Notes under the pieces: generated by a model | Database searches by the model: none | Told to the model about the DNA's origin: nothing | Seen by the model: the letters and a program-made list of their open reading frames with translations, nothing else | Program-made: the position numbers and the translations under genes | Shown here: piece by piece, positions 36,271-46,228 of the stretch | Numbering within the stretch: position 1 is the first letter of the stretch | How the letters are laid out: every line of letters starts with the position of its first letter | Source: a virus | Virus record (IMG/VR): IMGVR_UViG_3300031519_004866 | Direction: 5' to 3' (one strand) | DNA length: 64,000 nt

Positions 36271-38412
36271 ATGCCATATATTGTTAATTTTACAGACAGC
36301 GAAAACAAAACTCCAATTACAGTTTTCGATAATACGTCTAGTCAGGATACTAGTTTAACATTTCCAGGACGTAACGTTACTGGATACGGACAAATTATTG
36401 CTGAAAACTTTCTTTCTGTTTTAGAAAACTTTGCAAGTGCTAATGCACCAGTTAATCCAGTCGAAGGCCAGTTATGGTACGATACTACTAACGGTGTACT
36501 ACAATTATTTGATAACACTGCATGGAAAGCAGCATCAAACATTCAAAAGAGTGTTACTGAGCCAAGCGTAGAAAATTCTAAAGTTGGTGAACTTTGGGTT
36601 GATACAACAAACCAGCAGCTAAGAATTTACACAGGAACTAGATGGCTGTTAGTTGGACCAGCAGAAAGTTCAATTGACGGGTTACGATACGGCCCAGCAG
36701 TTGAAAATATTGCAGACTCAGATAACCAAACAAAAAGTATTTTAACTTTATATATTGCTGACCAACCGATTGTTGTTGTTTCAAAAGATTCATTTACTCC
36801 TAAAGTTAATATTAAAGGATTTGCAACTATTAAAGCAGGTCTTAATGTTGCTACTCCTGCAAACGACACAGAAAGAACTGAATTTGCTTCATTATTCTTA
36901 GGCGGCAACCTTCCTAAACTAATTGGTACTGCAAAAAATGCAGATGCGTTAAACATAGGCGGAGTTGAAGTATCAGCAGGTAAGTTTTTAAGAAGCGATA
37001 TTATTAATACAACTGATTTTGGTTTTAATGTTAGAAATAATGCAGGTTTAACTATTGGAGTTGACGGCAACTTCCAAGTAACAACATCAGCAACAGCAGC
37101 AAAGATTTATAATTCAGCAGCAGGTAGTTCATTAGATCTACAAATTAACAGAAACGGCATTCCAACTACAATTCTTAGAGTGCTTGATAATAAAATTGGC
37201 ATTAACCTTGCTGCTCCAGAAGAAGCACTTGATGTTGACGGTAATTTTGGATTAACTGGCGCAATTAAGATCACTAACGTTGCTGAAACAACAAACTTAT
37301 CAACAGGTAGTATTATTACAGCAGGCGGTATTGCTGTTGCTAAAAATATTTTAGTTGGCGGCACAGCAGATATTACTGGCACGATTAAATCACAGACTTT
37401 AAGACCGCAAACAAATGACACATATAATGTTGGTGAAGAGACTAATCGGTGGAACACAGTATATGCTAAATCAATTAAAGCTGATGAAATTATTGGTACA
37501 ATTAACGGTAACATTACAGGTAATGCTAATACTGCAACAAACTTAAAAAATGTTACTAGTTTTTCACTTGTAGGTGACGTTGTGTCGCCAGCAGTACAAT
37601 TTGACGGACAAGTTGGAAACTATACTAAAACTTTCCAAACTACACTAACAGCTAACATTGTTAAAGATAGAGATGAACCAGCACCAAACATATCAGATAA
37701 AAATGATTTTTTGCTGGTATACAGATCTTCAGCAGAAGCTGGAGGCGCAACTGGGCTATTAAAACAAACTAGAGATACATTCGTCGGCGACTTAGGTATT
37801 CCACTAGGCGGTATTATGCCATATGCAGGATCAGCAACACCCAATGGTTTTTTATTATGTGATGGTGGCGAAGTTGAAAGATCTAAGTTTCCAGAATTGT
37901 TTGACATTATTGGAACAACATATAACGGATCAGCAGCACTTAACGGTGTAGGAACATTTAGACTTCCAGACTTACGTGGACGTTTTGCATTAGGTAAACA
38001 TAATATGGATAACAATATTAATGTTCCAAATGCAATTGGCGGATTTGTTGACAATGGCGGCGGTGAACCAAGCCCATCAAGAGTTGAAGGTACAGAAGCT
38101 CAAACACTTGCAGGCGCAGCTGGTGCATCTGCGGTAGGACTAACACTTGGCAACTTACCAGATCACGAACACAACATGACAGCAAACGGAGTTCAATACT
38201 CGGCAGTTAGAATTGACTCTGCTATTGTTAGCCCAGGTACAACTGGATTAGGTCCAACAGCAGTTGGCCAAGCACAGTACTTGCAACAGTCCGGCGGTAT
38301 TAAAAAGCCAAGCACTGACTTTGCATTAGGTTCGTTAGTGGGTATTATGAATCCGTATTTAACACTTAACTATATTATACGATCTGGACCACCAGCGTTT
38401 ACAACGACATAA
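36271..38412 (+). CDS. Tail fibre with tail-collar domain (gp12-like)
   Basis: PLGGIMPYAGSATPNGFLLCDG...FPELFDIIG...FRLPDLRGRF collar motif, plus the shared fibre N-terminus. Confidence 0.85.
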   Translation: MPYIVNFTDSENKTPITVFDNTSSQDTSLTFPGRNVTGYGQIIAENFLSVLENFASANAPVNPVEGQLWYDTTNGVLQLFDNTAWKAASNIQKSVTEPSVENSKVGELWVDTTNQQLRIYTGTRWLLVGPAESSIDGLRYGPAVENIADSDNQTKSILTLYIADQPIVVVSKDSFTPKVNIKGFATIKAGLNVATPANDTERTEFASLFLGGNLPKLIGTAKNADALNIGGVEVSAGKFLRSDIINTTDFGFNVRNNAGLTIGVDGNFQVTTSATAAKIYNSAAGSSLDLQINRNGIPTTILRVLDNKIGINLAAPEEALDVDGNFGLTGAIKITNVAETTNLSTGSIITAGGIAVAKNILVGGTADITGTIKSQTLRPQTNDTYNVGEETNRWNTVYAKSIKADEIIGTINGNITGNANTATNLKNVTSFSLVGDVVSPAVQFDGQVGNYTKTFQTTLTANIVKDRDEPAPNISDKNDFLLVYRSSAEAGGATGLLKQTRDTFVGDLGIPLGGIMPYAGSATPNGFLLCDGGEVERSKFPELFDIIGTTYNGSAALNGVGTFRLPDLRGRFALGKHNMDNNINVPNAIGGFVDNGGGEPSPSRVEGTEAQTLAGAAGASAVGLTLGNLPDHEHNMTANGVQYSAVRIDSAIVSPGTTGLGPTAVGQAQYLQQSGGIKKPSTDFALGSLVGIMNPYLTLNYIIRSGPPAFTTT

Positions 38413-38424
38413 GGCGAGATATAA

Positions 38425-40293
38425 ATGGCATATCAAATTAATAAAACAGACGGCACAATAGTTTCAACAGTCGCAGACGGTCAAATTGATAATATCTCAA
38501 CTGACATTACGCTGATTGGTAAGAACTATAGTGGCTTCGGCGAAGTACTTAATGAAAACTTTATTAAAATACTTGAAAACTTTTCAAACGTAACTGCACC
38601 AACTGCTCCAATTAAAGGGCAAATTTGGTTTGATGCATCTGAATCAAAACTAAAAGTATATAGCGGAACAGCATTTGTTCCTGTAAGTTCTGCAACAATT
38701 GCTAACACACAACCAGCTACACTAGGTGTAGGTGACTTGTGGTTTAACGACATTGCTAAACAGCTATATTTCTTTGATGGTACAAGTACAATCTTACTAG
38801 GCCCAGCATATTCTGATGCACAAGGAGTAAGTGGTATTGTTGTAACAAGCATACTTGATACGCTAAACCAAACTCGTGTTATTTCGTCATTATATAATAA
38901 TGGTATTTTGTTAGGTATATTTGCTAAAGATACGTTTACTCCTAAAAATGATATTGATGGATTTAGCGGAGCAATCATTCCAGGATTTAACCAAGGTACA
39001 CTAGCAGGAATTAAATTTGATGTTACTTGTACAAACTCTGAAAAGTTAGCCAACGTTGATTCTACAAACTATGTTAGAAAAGACACTGCTAACTCTTTAA
39101 CTAATACACTTAGAATTGAAAGTGATTTAGGACTAGTTGTAGGATCTGCATCACAAGCTAACTTGTCAGTTGACAACGGTAACGTTAAACTATCAAACGC
39201 TGCTGAAAATAAATTATTGATTTTAGATGTAAGAAAAGGCATTTCGCAAGAGATTGCAATAAAAATTGATCCAGCTAATAGACAGATTGATTTATACGAA
39301 GGTGCTATAGATAGTGCTGTTAAACTTGGTGGAGAGTTAGAAGTTGCAGGTGATGTTACTATTAGAGGAAGTTTAGTTATTAATGATGGCGATCTTGCTA
39401 CAATTAGACAAACCGAACTAGTAGTTGAAGACAAATACATTGTACTAGCACAAACAGGCGACAGTGGATCTAATTCAGATGAGATTGCTGACGGTGGAGG
39501 CTTAGTATTAAAAGGCACAACAGACAAAGTGTTGATGTACTCAAAAGACGGCCTCGGAGCAACAGCAGAATATCCAGCACTAGCATCACAAGCATGGACA
39601 AGTTCAGAACATGTAAACCTTGCAACAGGCAAAGAATTTAAAATTAACGGCGTTACAGTACTAAGCGGAAATTCATTAGGTACTGGTATTACAGCGATTC
39701 CAGGTGTTACTAGCTTTGGTGCGCAAAACGTTGTTAACGTTGGCCCTGGGCTACCACCTGTAGCGCAGATGAGACTCGAAGATAATAAAATTTCAACTCT
39801 TGCTAATAACGATAACTTAGAAATAGAACCAGATGGTACAGGTAACGTTGCATTAATTGGATCTCCTAAAATTACAGGAATGTTAGATCCAACTGATCCG
39901 CAAGATGCCGCAACAAAAGAATATGTAGACGATATTGCTGAAACTAGATCACTAGCATTTAGCATGGACTTATCAGATGGTAAACCAAACAGTTATATTG
40001 CATCAGAAATTTTAACAAACTTAGCACCACCAGCAGAGTATAGAACTGGGACAATAGCAAGAATCTTAGCAACACTTTTAAGTAACTCAACAGTTTCAGT
40101 TAATTTAAATCCGTTATTAGATCAAGCTACAGCTACATTTAATACTCCAACAGGTACAGCCCCAGGAGTGGTAAATGTGTCGCTTGATACTGCAAGTATT
40201 CCAGCAGCAGGTATTACAACATCTAGAATTATTAAAACGTTCCAGTTGTTAGGTGGTAATTGGCAACATCTTAACGATCAGGTGCTACCATAA
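38425..40293 (+). CDS. Tail fibre protein
   Basis: Shared N-terminal MAYQINKTDG...LIGKNYSGFGE..NENF...ENF..APx.PxxGQxWFD, and an internal DPQDAATKEYVD motif. Confidence 0.75.
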   Translation: MAYQINKTDGTIVSTVADGQIDNISTDITLIGKNYSGFGEVLNENFIKILENFSNVTAPTAPIKGQIWFDASESKLKVYSGTAFVPVSSATIANTQPATLGVGDLWFNDIAKQLYFFDGTSTILLGPAYSDAQGVSGIVVTSILDTLNQTRVISSLYNNGILLGIFAKDTFTPKNDIDGFSGAIIPGFNQGTLAGIKFDVTCTNSEKLANVDSTNYVRKDTANSLTNTLRIESDLGLVVGSASQANLSVDNGNVKLSNAAENKLLILDVRKGISQEIAIKIDPANRQIDLYEGAIDSAVKLGGELEVAGDVTIRGSLVINDGDLATIRQTELVVEDKYIVLAQTGDSGSNSDEIADGGGLVLKGTTDKVLMYSKDGLGATAEYPALASQAWTSSEHVNLATGKEFKINGVTVLSGNSLGTGITAIPGVTSFGAQNVVNVGPGLPPVAQMRLEDNKISTLANNDNLEIEPDGTGNVALIGSPKITGMLDPTDPQDAATKEYVDDIAETRSLAFSMDLSDGKPNSYIASEILTNLAPPAEYRTGTIARILATLLSNSTVSVNLNPLLDQATATFNTPTGTAPGVVNVSLDTASIPAAGITTSRIIKTFQLLGGNWQHLNDQVLP

Positions 40294-40315
40294 CATGAAA
40301 ATAGGAGCGTTTTAA

Positions 40316-42547
40316 ATGGCTTATGTAATTAATAAAACCGACGGTACTCAATTAGTTGTACTACAAGATGCAGCAGTTGATTCAACAACAAGTTTATCGT
40401 TTGTTGGTAGAAACTACGTTGGATACGGTGAAATTCAAAATGAAAACTTTTTATTCCTTTTAGAGAATTTTGCAAACCGTTCAGCTCCTGCTACACCTAT
40501 TGTAGGGCAATGTTGGTTTGACTCAATATTAAATATTTTAAAGATTTACAATGGTGAAGACTGGGTAGAAGTAGGTGCAGCATCAGTAGGTGCAACATCG
40601 CCAACAACACCAGCAACAGGATCTTTTTGGTTAAAAAGTGCGCCAACAGCACTAACACCAGCAATACCATCACTACATGTTTATAACGGCATTGAATGGA
40701 TTAAAATAGGTCCAGAGAGTGCAGAAGGATTTCTTGAAACTAGATCTAAATCTACGTCATTAGTATCAGACGCAGGAGCAACGTATCCAGTTATACAGCT
40801 CGTTGTTAATGATCTTGTAATAGGGATAGTAACATCGAGTCCATTTACAATTGCATCATCAAATGCAGTTCCAGGATTTACCGATTTAATTGCAGGTATT
40901 AACCTAGCAGCAACTACAAAAGTAATGGCCACACTACAAGGTGTTGCTGACAAGGCAGTAAGACTAGAACATCCAGTACTAGTTAATGGTGTTACTTTTG
41001 ACGGATCGTCAGACCTTACAGTTAGAGCGCAAACACCTCACAGTCTACAAGCAGGCGGGTACCTTACAGGTACAGACTTTGATGGTGGAAGTACTTTATC
41101 TTGGGCAGTTGATGCATCTAGTTTAAATCAAATTGGAAAAATTGTAGCAAGAGATAGTTCAGGTAATTTTGCAGCAGGAACAATTACTGCAAACTTAACA
41201 GGTGACGTTGCAGGTGACGTTGCAGGGGCAACAGCAAGTTTTACAGGTGATGTTACAGCAGCAAGATTTATAGGAGCATCTCTTTCAGGAACAGCAGCCG
41301 CAGCACAGCGTTTATCAACAGCAAGAAATATTAACGGTGTTGGGTTTGACGGAACAACTGACATTACAGTTACATCTGATGCTAATACACTAACAGGTAC
41401 TAATTTACATAATACTGTAATTTCATCTGCATTAACAAGTGTAGGTACATTAACAACACTTAACACTGCTGGAAATATTACAATTAATGGAAATTTAGTG
41501 CTTGACGGTACAGTTAATGCTACTGAAATAAAAGCAACTAACCAAATTAGTTTAGCTGCAACAGAAGGTGTAGATTATCAATTAAATTTATACGGACCAA
41601 CAAGATCACCTAGTTTAAATGCAGGATTTATTCCAAGCAATGATGTAAATTTAGATCTTGGATCTAGTGCATTACGTTTTAAGAATACATACTCACAAAA
41701 CTTTACAGGTAACTTGACTGGTAATGTTACAGGTAATGCAACTACTGCAACTACTGCAACAAACGTTGCTGGCGGAGCAGGCGGAACAATGCCGTATCAA
41801 ACTGCTGCAGGAACAACGGCTCATATACCATCAGGCGTTGCAGGTCAGTTATTAAAATCAACTGGATCAGGGCAGCCGGTATGGGATACTATTACATTTT
41901 CAACACTAACAGCTGGTAGTTATATTACAGGGTTAGCATATGACGGTATTACTAGCACCTCATTTAATGTAGATGCAACAACTGCAAACACAGCAAATAA
42001 AGTAGTTGCTCGTGATGCAAGTGGTAACTTTAGTGCTGGTACAATTACTGCAAACTTAACAGGTAATGCAACTACAGCAACTACAGCAACTACAGCAATT
42101 ACAGCAACGTCGGCGACTACTGCAACTACTGCAACTAATGCAACTAATGCATCTTATGCAGTTACTCAAGCAACAGCAGATAGTTCAACATTAATTGCTA
42201 CAACAGCATTTGTACAAAACGTTGTTAACACTACAATTAAAAGAACTATGACAATTAGTTCACCAGCTCCAAATACTAGCTCACCTGATGCACAATATGC
42301 TGATCTTATTCAAGCATATCTACCAGCAAGTACAGCAAGTGGACAGACATTTGAATTAATTATTAACAACATTTATGCAGGAAGTTCAAGTAGCTTTAGC
42401 GCAGGAAGATGGATCTTAGCATATCGTTGGGCCACTGCAAGTGTATCAACTAGTACTTCGATTTATAATAGTAGTACAGGATATAAATTGATTTATCAAT
42501 CCAATGGTAGTACTTGGGCATATACAGGAACCTGGAGTACGATTTAA
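40316..42547 (+). CDS. Tail fibre protein
   Basis: Same shared N-terminus, ARxINGVxFDGTxDITV repeats, VARDxSGNFxAGTITANL repeats, and a Thr/Ala-rich stretch. Confidence 0.8.
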   Translation: MAYVINKTDGTQLVVLQDAAVDSTTSLSFVGRNYVGYGEIQNENFLFLLENFANRSAPATPIVGQCWFDSILNILKIYNGEDWVEVGAASVGATSPTTPATGSFWLKSAPTALTPAIPSLHVYNGIEWIKIGPESAEGFLETRSKSTSLVSDAGATYPVIQLVVNDLVIGIVTSSPFTIASSNAVPGFTDLIAGINLAATTKVMATLQGVADKAVRLEHPVLVNGVTFDGSSDLTVRAQTPHSLQAGGYLTGTDFDGGSTLSWAVDASSLNQIGKIVARDSSGNFAAGTITANLTGDVAGDVAGATASFTGDVTAARFIGASLSGTAAAAQRLSTARNINGVGFDGTTDITVTSDANTLTGTNLHNTVISSALTSVGTLTTLNTAGNITINGNLVLDGTVNATEIKATNQISLAATEGVDYQLNLYGPTRSPSLNAGFIPSNDVNLDLGSSALRFKNTYSQNFTGNLTGNVTGNATTATTATNVAGGAGGTMPYQTAAGTTAHIPSGVAGQLLKSTGSGQPVWDTITFSTLTAGSYITGLAYDGITSTSFNVDATTANTANKVVARDASGNFSAGTITANLTGNATTATTATTAITATSATTATTATNATNASYAVTQATADSSTLIATTAFVQNVVNTTIKRTMTISSPAPNTSSPDAQYADLIQAYLPASTASGQTFELIINNIYAGSSSSFSAGRWILAYRWATASVSTSTSIYNSSTGYKLIYQSNGSTWAYTGTWSTI

Positions 42548-43044
42548 TGGCACAGGTATCGTTGATACCGAACTATTGTAAAAATGTTGATGAAATAGTA
42601 AGGTTAGTAGAGGCAAACGAAGAAAGTTTTTTTGTAAGAGAACAAGGCGCAGAGTTTAATTTTGTTACTGCATACGGCGAAAGTAAACTAAAAAGTATGT
42701 TCCGTTGGAACATGCCAAACGAATTAAAGGAGTTGATAAATGAATCAATTCCAGAAGAAGATAAGACTTGTGATAGTTTTTGTATAAACAAATACGATCC
42801 AGGCGATTATTTAAAAAGGCACCGAGATAGTGCAGGCGGGTATTGGAAGTTTAAACTAATATTTTTAAGAGCTGATGCTCCGCACTTTTGTTGGTACGAT
42901 GAAGAAGGTAACAGTAATTTGGTTGACGAAACACCTGGAATGTTTATTGATATGCCAGTTAATTTAGAACACGAAGTTACTAAAATAGAACAAAATGAAA
43001 GACCTAAGATAAGTCTTGCATTAAGTTGGGGAAGAACTAGATGA
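42547..43044 (+). CDS. 2OG-Fe(II) oxygenase-fold protein
   Basis: INKYDPGDYLKRHRD (HxD), distal His (LEHEV) and RxxISL. Start 42547 overlaps the fibre stop (TAATG). Confidence 0.65.
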   Translation: MAQVSLIPNYCKNVDEIVRLVEANEESFFVREQGAEFNFVTAYGESKLKSMFRWNMPNELKELINESIPEEDKTCDSFCINKYDPGDYLKRHRDSAGGYWKFKLIFLRADAPHFCWYDEEGNSNLVDETPGMFIDMPVNLEHEVTKIEQNERPKISLALSWGRTR

Positions 43045-43484
43045 GCAAACAAATTATAATTTTTAACACTGATCGATCACAAGTGATCTCAGCACAAGAC
43101 TACGACAGCGAGTTTTCGGAAAGACTTACTGAAGGCGGAGTGCCACATAAAACAATAGACATTGATACTGAAAATGAATATTGGTGGGGCGACTATGCTA
43201 GTGGCGGTGTAAGATCGTTAAATGATGTGCCGTTAATTGAAGAAGTTGCTATTGAAGAAGTTATCAATAAACAAATTCTTGTAAAATATCCTGTTCACAA
43301 GCAATTAAATATTATTGCAACTTGTTTAGAAGCAGCTGGAATTCCGCTTACAAGCGAGTTTACTGAAATGCGTGAATATATTAATCAAAAATCAGTAAAT
43401 TACAATTCTGCACTACAAACATATAAAGATAACCCAAGTGTATACAGTTTTTACCCTAAGCCTGTAGCACCAGAAGAAGAGTAA
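43041..43484 (+). CDS. Hypothetical protein, possible fibre assembly factor
   Basis: 147-aa ORF coupled to the upstream gene, with an ILVKYPVHKQLNII motif. Confidence 0.45.
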   Translation: MSKQIIIFNTDRSQVISAQDYDSEFSERLTEGGVPHKTIDIDTENEYWWGDYASGGVRSLNDVPLIEEVAIEEVINKQILVKYPVHKQLNIIATCLEAAGIPLTSEFTEMREYINQKSVNYNSALQTYKDNPSVYSFYPKPVAPEEE

Positions 43485-43525
43485 AGGTTGATAAATACAA
43501 CTACAAACTAGGAAGATAAAGCACA

Positions 43526-45292
43526 ATGGCATACCAAGTAGATAAATTTAACGGAACTTTTTTAACGTCAGTCGAAGACGGAACTATCGATACCAGTACG
43601 GATTTACGCTTCGTTGGTAAAAATTATGCAGGTTATGGCGAAGTACAGAACGAAAACTTCTTACATTTGTTAGAAAACTTTGCAAATACTACTGCTCCAC
43701 CAAAAGCAGTTTTAGGCCAAATCTGGTTTGATAGTGCTTCTTTAAGACTTAAATTTTATGATGGAACAAAATGGAAAACAGCAAACGGTGCTGAAGTTGC
43801 ATCAGTTGCTCCGTCAGGACTAGCAGTAGGTGAAATTTGGTGGGATACATCAGCAAAGCAGTTATATGCATGGTCAGGCGGTGAGTTTGTATTAGTAGGT
43901 CCAGAAGCATCTCCAGACTTAGGTGCTAGTGGTGCAATTGCACAAGTTGTCAAAGACACAGGCAACACTAACCATTCTATTTTAAAAATTAATTCAGGTG
44001 GAAAAACTGTTTCAATTGTTTCACAAACAGAATTTACACTAAACAGTTCAATTAACCCAATTGATGACTTTACATTAATCAAGAAAGGTATTACTATGGC
44101 AAAAGCAGATGCCAATGGTATTACCACAGATGATTATGTTTATTGGGGAACATCATCAAATGCATTAAAGCTAGGCGGAGTTGCCGCAACAGAATACTTA
44201 CAAAAAGGTAGCATTACCTTTAACCAAGAAATTAATTTCCAAGATGCAGGTTATAGAGTTGGTGACCAAAGTGACTTTAGACTTAGAGTTGAAAACGATG
44301 ATGAAATTGTTTTAGAGAGTGTACTTGGTAACCCTGTTAAATTTATTATTAACGATAGCGGAACAACAAGAAAAAATGTTATGACGTTAGCGTCAACAGG
44401 ATTATTGCCTGGCGTAACAAGTTCATACACACTTGGTTCAGCTTCATTAAAATGGTCAGCAGTACATGCTGATACATTTACAGGAGCATTTACAGGACCA
44501 CTTACGGGTAATATAAATGGTAATACTCAAGGTAGCTTACTTGCAACAGATTCAACCATTATGGTTAATGGTATAACAAAAACTATTGGTTACACAGGAG
44601 CTTCATTATACGGAACACTATTTGGATCAGTACAAGGTAACTTAACAGGTACTGCATCTGATGCAAGTGCGTTAAACGGTATTACTCCATCTATTCCAGT
44701 TCCTGCATCAGGAAACAGTATTGCAGTTAGAGATGCTACAGGTACAATTTACGCTACTACGTTTAACGGCACAGCAAGTAAAGCAGACAGAATTAAAATT
44801 GACGACACAGCTACAGATTCAGATCCAAACTATAAAACAGCTAAGACTACTGCAACAGCAAATAGTATTGCAGCAAGAAATAGTTCAGGAGACTTAATTG
44901 CTAATCTATTCCAAGGTACTGCAACAGCAGCACGTTATGCTGATCTTGCAGAAAAATATTTAACTGATGATGAATACGAAGCAGGAACAGTTGTATCAGT
45001 AGGTGGCGAAGAAGAAGTTACACAATGTAAAGATGGCGATAGAGCGTTAGGTGTTATTTCAGCACAACCTGCATACATGATGAATGCATGGCTAGAAGGC
45101 GGTCAGTACATTGCACTTAAAGGTAGAGTTCCGGTTAAAGTAATTGGAGCTGTCGCTAAAGGTAATAAACTAGTTGCAGCCGCTGACGGGTATGCAAAAG
45201 TTGCTCAAGCACTTGACCCTGATGTGTTTGCAATTGCGTTAGAGTCTAATTCAAATTCAGGAACAAAAGTTATTGAAGCGGTAGTATTATAA
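43526..45292 (+). CDS. Tail fibre with C-terminal intramolecular-chaperone (peptidase G2-like) domain
   Basis: Shared N-terminus. C-terminal RYADLAEKY...GTVVSVGG...GVIS..PAYMMN...ALKGRVPVKV. Upstream ATAAATA at 43491. Confidence 0.8.
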   Translation: MAYQVDKFNGTFLTSVEDGTIDTSTDLRFVGKNYAGYGEVQNENFLHLLENFANTTAPPKAVLGQIWFDSASLRLKFYDGTKWKTANGAEVASVAPSGLAVGEIWWDTSAKQLYAWSGGEFVLVGPEASPDLGASGAIAQVVKDTGNTNHSILKINSGGKTVSIVSQTEFTLNSSINPIDDFTLIKKGITMAKADANGITTDDYVYWGTSSNALKLGGVAATEYLQKGSITFNQEINFQDAGYRVGDQSDFRLRVENDDEIVLESVLGNPVKFIINDSGTTRKNVMTLASTGLLPGVTSSYTLGSASLKWSAVHADTFTGAFTGPLTGNINGNTQGSLLATDSTIMVNGITKTIGYTGASLYGTLFGSVQGNLTGTASDASALNGITPSIPVPASGNSIAVRDATGTIYATTFNGTASKADRIKIDDTATDSDPNYKTAKTTATANSIAARNSSGDLIANLFQGTATAARYADLAEKYLTDDEYEAGTVVSVGGEEEVTQCKDGDRALGVISAQPAYMMNAWLEGGQYIALKGRVPVKVIGAVAKGNKLVAAADGYAKVAQALDPDVFAIALESNSNSGTKVIEAVVL

Positions 45293-46194
45293 TGGCTACA
45301 ACCGGCGCACAAATATTATCTACAGACCTAAACACGTTAAGAAACAAAGTTTCTGACGTAATTGGTAGTGGCACCGGCACATTCGGATACGGCCAAACTG
45401 TAAACAGCTCAACAGTTATTTCAGGGCAAACAGTTTTAAAGTCTCACTTTGATGCAATTAGGTTTGACATTGTTAATGCATATTTTCATCAAAACGGTTT
45501 AGTTCCAGCAGCAACAATTGCACAAATTGGTGATCCTATTTCAGCAGGAGCAAGTGATCCGTTTAATGGGTACAATGCTCTTGCAGATGAAATTAGAAGT
45601 GATAGATTTGATTGCGATCCTGGTCTACTAACAGTTACTCCAAAAGCTACTACAACTTACACATCAGCATGGAGTAGTGCTGCTGAACATGTGGTTACTA
45701 TGACATTTGCCAATGCAGACGATGCAAGGCATTTTTGGAATTCAGGAAGCAGACTTAGAATTACAGCAAACAGAGCGTTTGGATCTGCAACACAACAAAA
45801 TGGTGCATGGACAGATTTGTTATCAGCAGCTGGTTCACAAACGTTTGGCGGCAGATTACCTACACCTTTAGCTCACACATACATGCTGACTAACACATAT
45901 CAGCAACTTTATACGTTAGCTGCAAGTACACCTTATTCAAACAACGAATACAAAATTTTAGGCAAATGTGATGTTGCTAGTAATGCAGCTGGAACAGCTA
46001 GAATCTTTGATTTTAAAGTTTTATTATCAGACAACTATACAGATCCAGGAGCACCAGCTCCGGGAGATTCAGTAGACGGCACTCTTTCTATTACTGTAGA
46101 AGAATTAAAAGCTACAGGAACAATATTGCCTGCTAATACTGCATTTTCTATCACATCGCCAGCATACACAGCCGCCGCGATCAGTGCTTCTTAG
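45292..46194 (+). CDS. Virion structural protein (paralog A)
   Basis: RHFWNSGSRLRI...AWTDLLSAAGSQTFGG is shared with the next ORF. Confidence 0.55.
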   Translation: MATTGAQILSTDLNTLRNKVSDVIGSGTGTFGYGQTVNSSTVISGQTVLKSHFDAIRFDIVNAYFHQNGLVPAATIAQIGDPISAGASDPFNGYNALADEIRSDRFDCDPGLLTVTPKATTTYTSAWSSAAEHVVTMTFANADDARHFWNSGSRLRITANRAFGSATQQNGAWTDLLSAAGSQTFGGRLPTPLAHTYMLTNTYQQLYTLAASTPYSNNEYKILGKCDVASNAAGTARIFDFKVLLSDNYTDPGAPAPGDSVDGTLSITVEELKATGTILPANTAFSITSPAYTAAAISAS

Positions 46195-46228
46195 TTGCTG
46201 GTACAATAAATACTGTTGAGGAAAACAT

